Shown here one piece after another: positions 1-12,200 of a stretch of DNA of 64,000 nucleotides. The stretch lies in assembly GCF_009914755.1 (NCBI RefSeq), contig NC_060925.1; one strand, written 5' to 3'. The position numbers and the translations under genes were made by a program. Source of the DNA: the human T2T-CHM13v2.0 reference genome, Homo sapiens. The number at the start of each line of letters is the position of its first letter. Position 1 is the first letter of the stretch. The notes beneath the pieces were generated by a model that worked only from the letters and a program-made list of their open reading frames with translations, searched no databases and was not told the DNA's origin.

Positions 1-1334
1 AATGGAATCATCATCGAATGGAATCGAATAGAATTATGGAATGAAATCCAGTGTGATCATCATCGAATGGACCCGAATGGAATCATCATCCAACGGAAAC
101 TAATGGAATCAACATCGAATGAATCAAATGGAAACACCATCGAATTGAAACGAATGGAATTACCATGAAATTGAAATGGATGGACTCATCATCGAATGGA
201 TTCGAATGGAATCATCGAATAAAATTGATTGAAATCATCATCGAATGGAATCTAATGGTATCATTGAATGGAATCGAATGGAATCATCATCAGATGGAAA
301 TGAATGGAATCGTCATAGAATGGAATCGAATGGATTAATTGAATGGAATCAGATGGAATCATCGAATGGACTGGAATGGAATCATTGAATGGACTCGAAA
401 GGGATCATTATTGAATGGAATTGAATGGAATCATCGAATGGTCTCGATTGGAATCATTATCAAATGGAATCGAATGGAATCACCGAATAGAATCGAATGG
501 AACAATCATCGAATGGACACAAATAGAATTATCCTCAAATGGAATCGAATGGAATTATCGAATGCAATCGAATGGAATTATCGAATGCAATCGAATAGAA
601 TCATCGAATGGACTCGAATGGAATCATCGAATGGAATGGAATGGAACAGTCAATGAACTCGAATGGAATCATCATTGAATGGAATCGAATGGAATCATCG
701 AGTGGAATCGAATGTAATCATCATCAAATGGAATCAAAAATAACCATCATCAAATGGAATCAAAAATAACCATCATCAATTGGTAGTGAATGGAATTCTC
801 ATCAAATGGAATTCAAAGGAATCATCATCAAATGGAACCGAATGGAATCCTCATTGAATGGAAATGAAAGGGGTTATCATCTAATGGAATCGCATGGAAT
901 CATCATAAAATGGAATCGAATGGAATCAACATCAAATGGAATCAAATGGAATCATTGAACGGAATTGAATGGAATCGTCATCGAATGAATTGAATGCAAT
1001 CATCGAATGGTCTCGAATGGAATCATCTTCAAATGGAATGGAATGGAATCAGCACATAGAATCGAATGGAATTATCATCGAATGGAATCGAATGGAATCA
1101 ACATCAAACGGAAAAAAACGGAATTATCAAATGCAATCGAAAAGAATCATCGAATGGACCCGAATGGAATCATCTAATGGAATGGAATGGAATAATCCAT
1201 GGACTCGAATGCAATCATCATCGAATGGAATCGAATGGAATCATCGAATGGACTCGAATGGAATAATCATTGAACGGAATCGAATGGAATCATCATCGGA
1301 TGGAAACGAATGGAATCATCATCGAATGGAATCA

Positions 1335-2174
1335 AATAGAATTATGGAATGAAATCCAGTGTGATCATCATCGAATGGACCCGAATGGAATCATCATCCA
1401 ACGGAAGCTAATGGAATCAACATCGAATGAATCAAATGGAAACACCATCGAATTGAAACGAATGGAATTACCATGAAATTGAAATGGATGGACTCATCAT
1501 CAAATGGATTCGAATGGATTCATCAAATAAAATTGATTGAAATCATCATCGAATGGAATCGAATGGTATCATTGAATGGAATCGAATGGAATCATCATCA
1601 GATGGAAATGAATGGAATCGTCATAGAATGGAATCGAATGGATTCATTGAATGGAATCAGATGGAATCATTGAATGGACTGGAATGGAATCATTGAATGG
1701 ACTCGAAAGGGATCATTATTGAATGGAATTGAATGGAATCATCGAATGGTCTCGATTGGAATCATTATCAAATGGAATCGAATGGAATCACCGAATAGAA
1801 TCGAATGGAACAATCATCGAATGGACTCAAATGGAATTATCCTCCAATGGAATCGAATGGAATTATCGAATGCAATCGAATGGAATTATCGAATGCAATC
1901 GAATAGAATCATCGAATGGACTCGAATGGAATCATCGAATGGAATGGAATGGAACAGTCAATGAACTCGAATGGAATCATCATTGAATGGAATCGAATGG
2001 AATCATCGAGTGGAATCGAAAGGAATTATGACCAAATGGAATCGAATGTAATCATCATCAAATGGAATCAAAAATAACCATCATCAATTGGTATTGAATG
2101 GAATTGTCATCAAATGGAATTCAAAGGAATCATCATCAAATGGAACCGAATGGAATCCTCATTGAATGGAAATG
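1335..2174 (+). repeat. Representative ~840-bp A block (one per macro-unit; carries gaaatccagtgtgatc, aaaattgattgaaatc, caaaaataacc and the EcoRI site ggaattcaaagg)
   Basis: Anchor ORF starts at 1270, 3514, 5289, 7507, 8815, 11059, 13786 ... 63439. Spacings equal 840+468n apart from small indels. EcoRI sites at 809 and 2117 are 1308 bp apart. Confidence 0.92.
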
Positions 2175-2742
2175 AAAGGGGTCATCATCTAATGGAATCG
2201 CATGGAATCATCATCAAATGGAATCGAATGGAATCATCATCAAATGGAATCAAATGGAATCATTGAACAGAATTGAATGGAATGGTCATCGAATGAGTTG
2301 AATGCAATCATCGAATGGTCTCGAATGGAATCATCTTCTAATGGAAAGGAATGGAATCATCGCATAGAATCGAATGGAATTATCATCGAATGGAATCGAA
2401 TGGTATCAACACCAAACGGAAAAAAACGGAATTATCGAATGGAATCGAAGAGAATCTTCGAACGGACCCGAATGGAATCATCTAATGGAATGGAATGGAA
2501 TAATCCATGGACTCGAATGCAATCATCATCGAATGGAATCGAATGGAATCATCGAATGGACTCGAATGGAATAATCATTGAACGGAATCGAATGGAATCA
2601 TCATCGGATGGAAACGAATGGAATCATCATCGAATGGAAATGAAAGGAGTCATCATCTAATGGAATTGCATGGAATCATCATAAAATGGAATCGAATGGA
2701 ATCAACATCAAATGGAATCAAATGGAATCATTGAACGGAATT

Positions 2743-3210
2743 GAATGGAATCGTCATCGAATGAATTGAATGCAATCATCGAATGGTCTCGAATGGAATC
2801 ATCTTCAAATGGAATGGAATGGAATCATCGCATAGAATCGAATGGAATTATCATCGAATGGAATCGAATGGAATCAACATCAAACGGAAAAAAACGGAAT
2901 TATCGAATGGAATCGAAGAGAATCATCGAATGGACCCGAATGGAATCATCTAATGGAATGGAATGGAATAATCCATGGACTCGAATGCAATCATCATCGA
3001 ATGGAATCGAATGGAATCATCGAATGGACTCGAATGGAATAATCATTGAACGGAATCGAATGGAATCATCATCGGATGGAAACGAATGGAATCATCATCG
3101 AATGGAAATGAAAGGAGTCATCATCTAATGGAATTGCATGGAATCATCATAAAATGGAATCGAATGGAATCATCATCAAATGGAATCAAATGGAATCATT
3201 GAACGGAATT
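2743..3210 (+). repeat. Representative 468-bp B module (1-4 tandem copies per macro-unit throughout the window)
   Basis: Landmarks gaatcgtcatcgaatgaattg, ggtctc, aaacggaaaaaaacgg, ggaccc, aataatccatggac and gaaaggagtc recur at 468-bp spacing (ORF starts 2277, 2745, 3213; 12065, 12533, 13001). Confidence 0.95.
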
Positions 3211-6200
3211 GAATGGAATCGTCATCGAATGAATTGAATGCAATCATCGAATGGTCTCGAATGGAATCATCTTCAAATGGAATGGAATGGAATCATCGCA
3301 TAGAATCGAATGGAATTATCATCGAATGGAATCGAATGGTATCAACATCAAACGGAAAAAAACGGAATTATCGAATGGAATCAAAGAGAATCTTCGAGTG
3401 GACCCGAATGGAATCATCTAATGGAATGGAATGGAATAATCCATGGACTCGAATGCAATCATCATCGAATGGAATCGAATGGAATCATTGAAAGGACTCG
3501 TATGGAATAATCATTGAACGGAATCGAATGGAATCATCATCGGATGGAAATGAATGGAATCATCATCGAATGGAATCGAATAGAATTATGGAATGAAATC
3601 CAGTGTGATCATCATCGAATGGACCCGAATGGAATCATCATCCAACGGAAGCTAATGGAATCAACATCCAATGAATCGAATGGAAACACCATCGAATTGA
3701 AACGAATGGAATTATCATGAAATTGAAATGGATGGACTCATCATCGAATGGATTCGAATGGAATCATCGAATAAAATTGATTGAAATCATCATCGAATGG
3801 AATCGAATGGTATCATTGAATGGAATCGAATGGAATCATCATCAGATGGAAATGAATGGAATCGTCATAGAATGGAATCGAATGGATTCATTGAATGGAA
3901 TCAGATGGAATCATCGAATGGACTGGAATGGAATCATTGAATGGACTCGAAAGGGATCATTATTGAATGGAATTGAATGGAATCATCGAATGGTCTCGAT
4001 TGGAATCATTATCAAATGGAATCGAATGGAATCACCGAATAGAATCGAATGGAACAATCATCGAATGGACTCAAATGGAATTATCCTCAAATAGAATCGA
4101 ATGGAATTATCGAATGCAATCGAATGGAGTTATCGAATGCAATCGAATAGAATCATCGAATGGACTCGAATGGAATCATCGAATGGAATGGAATGGAACA
4201 GTCAATAAACTCGAATGGAATCATCATTGAATGGAATCGAATGGAATCATCGAGTGGAATCGAATGGAATTATGATCAAATGGAATCGAATGTAATCATC
4301 ATCAAATGGAATCAAAAATAACCATCATCAATTGGTATTGAATGGAATTGTCATCAAATGGAATTCAAAGGAATCATCATCAAATGGAACCGAATGGAAT
4401 CCTCATTGAATGGAAATGAAAGGGGTCATCATCTAATGGAATCGCATGGAATCATCATCAAATGGAATCGAATGGAATCATCATCAAATGGAATCGAATG
4501 GAATCATTGAAAGAATTGAATGGAATCATCATCGAATGAATTGAATGCAATCATCGAATGGTCTCGAATGGAATCATCTTCTAATGGAAAGGAATGGAAT
4601 CATCGCATAGAATCGAATGGAATTATCATCGAATGGAATCGAATGGTATCAACACCAAACGGAAAAAAACGGAATTATCGAATGGAATCGAAGAGAATCT
4701 TCGAACGGACCCGAATGGAATCATCTAATGGAATGGAATGGAATAATCCATGGAGTCGAATGCAATCATCATCGAATGGAATCGAATGGAATCATCGAAT
4801 GGACTCGAATGGAATAATCATTGAACGGAATCGAATGGAATCATCATCGGATGGAAACGAATGGAATCATCATCGAATGGAAATGAAAGGAGTCATCATC
4901 TAATGGAATTGCATGGAATCATCATCAAATGGAATCGAATGGAATGAACATCAAATGGAATCAAATGGAATCATTGAACGGAATTGAATGGAATCGTCAT
5001 CGAATGAATTGAATGCAATCATCGAATGGTCTCGAATGGAATCATCTTCAAATGGAATGGAATGGAATCATCGCATAGAATCGAATGGAATTATCATCGA
5101 ATGGAATCGAATGGAATCAACATCAAACGGAAAAAAACGTAATTATCGAATGGAATCGAAGAGAATCATCGAATGGACCCGAATGGAATCATCTAATGGA
5201 ATGGAATGGAATAATCCATGGACTCGAATGCAATCATCATCGAATGGAATCGAATGGAATCATCGAATGGACTCGAATGGAATAATCATTGAACGGAATC
5301 GAATGGAATCATCATCGGATGGAAATGAATGGAATCATCATCGAATGGAATCGAATAGAATTATGGAATGAAATCCAGTGTGATCATCATCGAATGGACA
5401 CGAATGGAATCATCATCCAACGGAAGCTAATGGAATCAACATCGAATGAATCAAATGGAAACACCATCGAATTGAAACGAATGGAATTACCATGAAATTG
5501 AAATGGATGGACTCATCATCAAATGGATTCGAGTGGAATCATCGAATAAAATTGATTGAAATCATCATCGAATGGAATCGAATGGTATCATTGAATGGAA
5601 TCGAATGGAATCATCATCAGATGGAAATGAAAGGAATCGTCATAGAATGGAATCGAATGGATTCATTGAATGGAATCAGATGGAATCATTGAATGGACTG
5701 GAATGGAATCATTGAATGGACTCGAAAGGGATCATGATTGAATGGAATTGAATGGAATCATCGAATGGTCTCGATTGGAATCATTATCAAATGGAATCGA
5801 ATGGAATCACCGAATAGAATCGAATGGAACAATCATCTAATGGACTCAAATGGAATTATCCTCAAATGGAATCCAATGGAATTATCGAATGCAATCGAAT
5901 GGAATTATCGAATGCAATCGAAGAGAATCATCGAATGGACTCGAATGGAATCATCGAATGGAATGGAATGGAACAGTCAATGAACTCGAATGGAATCATC
6001 ATTGAATGGAATCGAATGGAATCATCGAGTGGAATCGAATGGAATTATGATCAAATGGAATCGAATGTAATCATCATCAAATGGAATCAAAAATAACCAT
6101 CATCAATTGGTATTGAATGGAATTCTCATCAAATGGAATTCAAAGGAATCATCATCAAATGGAACCGAATGGAATCCTCATTGAATGGAAATGAAAGGGG

Positions 6201-9200
6201 TCATCATCTAATGGAATCGCATGGAATCATCATCAAATGGAATCGAATGGAATCAACATCAAATGGAATCTAATGGAATCATTGAACGGAATTGAATGGA
6301 ATCGTCATCGAATGAATTGAATGCAATCATCGAATGGTCTCGAATGGAATCATCTTCAAATGGAATGGAATGGAATCATCGCATAGAATCGAATGGAATT
6401 ATCATCGAATGGAATCGAATGGAATCAACATCAAACGGAAAAAAACGGAATTATCGAATGGAATCGAAGAGAATCTTCGAACGGACCCGAATGGAATCAT
6501 CTAATGGAATGGAATGGAATAATCCATGGACTCGAATGCAATCATCATCGAATGGAATCGAATGGAATCATCGAATGGACTCGAATGGAATAATCATTGA
6601 ACGGAATCGAATGGAATCATCATCGGATGGAAACGAATGGAATCATCATCGAATGGAAATGAAAGGAGTCATCATCTAATGGAATTGCATGGAATCATCA
6701 TAAAATGGAATCGAATGGAATCAACATCAAATGGAATCAAATGGAATCATTGAACGGAATTGAATGGAATCGTCATCGAATGAATTGAATGCAATCATCG
6801 AATGGTCTCGAATGGAATCATCTTCAAATGGAATGGAATGGAATCATCGCATAGAATCGAATGGAATTATCATCGAATGGAATCGAATGGAATCAACATC
6901 AAACGGAAAAAAACGGAATTATCGAATGGAATCGAAGAGAATCATCGAATGGACCCGAATGGAATCATCTAATGGAATGGAATGGAATAATCCATGGACT
7001 CGAATGCAATCATCATCGAATGGAATCGAATGGAATCATCGAATGGACTCGAATGGAATAATCATTGAACGGAATCGAATGGAATCATCATCGGATGGAA
7101 ATGAAAGGAGTCATCATCTAATGGAATTGCATGGAATCATCATAAAATGGAATCGAATGGAATCAACATCAAATGGAATCAAATGGAATCATTGAACGGA
7201 ATTGAATGGAATCGTCATCGAATGAATTGAAAGCAATCATCGAATGGTCTCGAATGGAATCATCTTCAAATGGAATGTAATGGAATCATCGCATAGAATC
7301 GAATGGAATTATCATCGAATGGAATCGAATGGAATCAACATCAAACGGAAAAAAACGGAATTATCGAATGGAATCGAAGAGAATCATCGAATGGACCCGA
7401 ATGGAATCATCTAATGGAATGGAATGGAATAATCCATGGACTCGAATGCAATCATCATCGAATGGAATCGAATGGAATCATCGAATGGACTCGAATGGAA
7501 TAATCATTGAACGGAATCGAATGGAATCATCATCGGATGGAAATGAATGGAATCATCATCGAATGGAATCGAATAGAATTATGGAATGAAATCCAGTGTG
7601 ATCATCATCGAATGGACCCGAATGGAATCATCATCCAACGGAAGCTAATGGAATCAACATCGAATGAATCAAATGGAAACACCATCGAATTGAAACGAAT
7701 GGAATTACCATGAAATTGAAATGGATGGACTCATCATCGAATGGATTCGAATGGAATCATCGAATAAAATTGATTGAAATCATCATCGAATGGAATCGAA
7801 TGGTATCATTGAATGGAATCGAATGGAATCATCATCAGATGGAAATGAATGGAATCGTCATAGAATGGAATCGAATGGATTAATTGAATGGAATCAGATG
7901 GAATCATCGAATGGACTGGAATGGAATCATTGAATGGACTCGAAAGGGATCATTATTGAATGGAATTGAATGGAATCATCGAATGGTCTCGATTGGAATC
8001 ATTATCAAATGGAATCGAATGGAATCACCGAATAGAATCGAATGGAACAATCATCGAATGGACACAAATGGAATTATCCTCAAATGGAATCGAATGGAAT
8101 TATCGAATGCAATCGAATGGAATTATCGAATGCAATCGAATAGAATCATCGAATGGACTCGAATGGAATCATCGAATGGAATGGAATGGAACAGTCAATG
8201 AACTCGAATGGAATCATCATTGAATGGAATCGAATGGAATCATCGAGTGGAATCGAATGTAATCATCATCAAATGGAATCAAAAATAACCATCATCAAAT
8301 GGAATCAAAAATAACCATCATCAATTGGTAGTGAATGGAATTCTCATCAAATGGAATTCAAAGGAATCATCATCAAATGGAACCGAATGGAATCCTCATT
8401 GAATGGAAATGAAAGGGGTTATCATCTAATGGAATCGCATGGAATCATCATAAAATGGAATCGAATGGAATCAACATCAAATGGAATCAAATGGAATCAT
8501 TGAACGGAATTGAATGGAATCGTCATCGAATGAATTGAATGCAATCATCGAATGGTCTCGAATGGAATCATCTTCAAATGGAATGGAATGGAATCAGCAC
8601 ATAGAATCGAATGGAATTATCATCGAATGGAATCGAATGGAATCAACATCAAACGGAAAAAAACGGAATTATCGAATGCAATCGAAGAGAATCATCGAAT
8701 GGACCCGAATGGAATCATCTAATGGAATGGAATGGAATAATCCATGGACTCGAATGCAATCATCATCGAATGGAATCGAATGGAATCATCGAATGGACTC
8801 GAATGGAATAATCATTGAACGGAATCGAATGGAATCATCATCGGATGGAAACGAATGGAATCATCATCGAATGGAATCAAATAGAATTATGGAATGAAAT
8901 CCAGTGTGATCATCATCGAATGGACCCGAATGGAATCATCATCCAACGGAAGCTAATGGAATCAACATCGAATGAATCAAATGGAAACACCATCGAATTG
9001 AAACGAATGGAATTACCATGAAATTGAAATGGATGGACTCATCATCAAATGGATTCGAATGGATTCATCAAATAAAATTGATTGAAATCATCATCGAATG
9101 GAATCGAATGGTATCATTGAATGGAATCGAATGGAATCATCATCAGATGGAAATGAATGGAATCGTCATAGAATGGAATCGAATGGATTCATTGAATGGA

Positions 9201-12200
9201 ATCAGATGGAATCATTGAATGGACTGGAATGGAATCATTGAATGGACTCGAAAGGGATCATTATTGAATGGAATTGAATGGAATCATCGAATGGTCTCGA
9301 TTGGAATCATTATCAAATGGAATCGAATGGAATCACCGAATAGAATCGAATGGAACAATCATCGAATGGACTCAAATGGAATTATCCTCCAATGGAATCG
9401 AATGGAATTATCGAATGCAATCGAATGGAATTATCGAATGCAATCGAATAGAATCATCGAATGGACTCGAATGGAATCATCGAATGGAATGGAATGGAAC
9501 AGTCAATGAACTCGAATGGAATCATCATTGAATGGAATCGAATGGAATCATCGAGTGGAATCGAAAGGAATTATGACCAAATGGAATCGAATGTAATCAT
9601 CATCAAATGGAATCAAAAATAACCATCATCAATTGGTATTGAATGGAATTGTCATCAAATGGAATTCAAAGGAATCATCATCAAATGGAACCGAATGGAA
9701 TCCTCATTGAATGGAAATGAAAGGGGTCATCATCTAATGGAATCGCATGGAATCATCATCAAATGGAATCGAATGGAATCATCATCAAATGGAATCAAAT
9801 GGAATCATTGAACAGAATTGAATGGAACGGTCATCGAATGAGTTGAATGCAATCATCGAATGGTCTCGAATGGAATCATCTTCTGATGGAAAGGAATGGA
9901 ATCATCGCATAGAATCGAATGGAATTATCATCGAATGGAATCGAATGGTATCAACACCAAACGGAAAAAAACGGAATAATCGAATGGAATCGAAGAGAAT
10001 CTTCGAACGGACCCGAATGGAATCATCTAATGGAATGGAATGGAATAATCCATGGACTCGAATGCAATCATCATCGAATGGAATCGAATGGAATCATCGA
10101 ATGGACTCGAATGGAATAATCATTGAACGGAATCGAATGGAATCATCATCGGATGGAAACGAATGGAATCATCATCGAATGGAAATGAAAGGAGTCATCA
10201 TCTAATGGAATTGCATGGAATCATCATAAAATGGAATCGAATGGAATCAACATCAAATGGAATCAAATGGAATCATTGAACGGAATTGAATGGAATCGTC
10301 ATCGAATGAATTGAATGCAATCATCGAATGGTCTCGAATGGAATCATCTTCAAATGGAATGGAATGGAATCATCGCATAGAATCGAATGGAATTATCATC
10401 GAATGGAATCGAATGGAATCAACATCATACGGAAAAAAACGGAATTATCGAATGGAATCGAAGAGAATCATCGAATGGACCCGAATGGAATCATCTAATG
10501 GAATGGAATGGAATAATCCATGGACTCGAATGCAATCATCATCGAATGGAATCGAATGGAATCATCGAATGGACTCGAATGGAATAATCATTGAACGGAA
10601 TCGAATGGAATCATCATCGGATGGAAACGAATGGAATCATCATCGAATGGAAATGAAAGGAGTCATCATCTAATGGAATTGCATGGAATCATCATAAAAT
10701 GGAATCGAATGGAATCATCATCAAATGGAATCAAATGGAATCATTGAACGGAATTGAATGGAATCGTCATCGAATGAATTGAATGCAATCATCGAATGGT
10801 CTCGAATGGAATCATCTTCAAATGGAATGGAATGGAATCATCGCATAGAATCGAATGGAATTATCATCGAATGGAATCGAATGGTATCAACATCAAACGG
10901 AAAAAAACGGAATTATCGAATGGAATCAAAGAGAATCTTCGAACGGACCCGAATGGAATCATCTAATGGAATGGAATGGAATAATCCATGGACTCGAATG
11001 CAATCATCATCGAATGGAATCGAATGGAATCATTGAAAGGACTCGTATGGAATAATCATTGAACGGAATCGAATGGAATCATCATCGGATGGAAATGAAT
11101 GGAATCATCATCGAATGGAATCGAATAGAATTATGGAATGAAATCCAGTGTGATCATCATCGAATGGACCCGAATGGAATCATCATCCAACGGAAGCTAA
11201 TGGAATCAACATCCAATGAATCGAATGGAAACACCATCGAATTGAAACGAATGGAATTATCATGAAATTGAAATGGATGGACTCATCATCGAATGGATTC
11301 GAATGGAATCATCGAATAAAATTGATTGAAATCATCATCGAATGGAATCGAATGGTATCATTGAATGGAATCGAATGGAATCATCATCAGATGGAAATGA
11401 ATGGAATCGTCATAGAATGGAATCGAATGGATTCATTGAATGGAATCAGATGGAATCATCGAATGGACTGGAATGGAATCATTGAATGGACTCGAAAGGG
11501 ATCATTATTGAATGGAATTGAATGGAATCATCGAATGGTCTCGATTGGAATCATTATCAAATGGAATCGAATGGAATCACCGAATAGAATCGAATGGAAC
11601 AATCATCGAATGGACTCAAATGGAATTATCCTCAAATAGAATCGAATGGAATTATCGAATGCAATCGAATGGAATTATCGAATGCAATCGAATAGAATCA
11701 TCGAATGGACTCGAATGGAATCATCGAATGGAATGGAATGGAACAGTCAATAAACTCGAATGGAATCATCATTGAATGGAATCGAATGGAATCATCGAGT
11801 GGAATCGAATGGAATTATGATCAAATGGAATCGAATGTAATCATCATCAAATGGAATCAAAAATAACCATCATCAATTGGTATTGAATGGAATTGTCATC
11901 AAATGGAATTCAAAGGAATCATCATCAAATGGAACCGAATGGAATCCTCATTGAATGGAAATGAAAGGGGTCATCATCTAATGGAATCGCATGGAATCAT
12001 CATCAAATGGAATCGAATGGAATCATCATCAAATGGAATCGAATGGAATCATTGAAAGAATTAAATGGAATCATCATCGAATGAATTGAATGCAATCATC
12101 GAATGGTCTCGAATAGAATCATCTTCTAATGGAAAGGAATGGAATCATCGCATAGAATCGAATGGAATTATCATCGAATGGAATCGAATGGTATCAACAC

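Noticed and set aside
1531-1546. Short inverted repeat TGATTgaAATCA once per A block as a hairpin or terminator
   Set aside because: The 5-bp AT-rich stem with a 2-nt loop is too weak to support a structural call.
2743-3210. 468 = 18 x 26 as a pure 26-mer higher-order repeat, or nucleosome-length phasing of the A7 tract
   Set aside because: Direct parsing gives 19 mixed-length monomers, so the arithmetic is coincidental. 468 is not a clear multiple of a typical nucleosome repeat length and I have no chromatin data.
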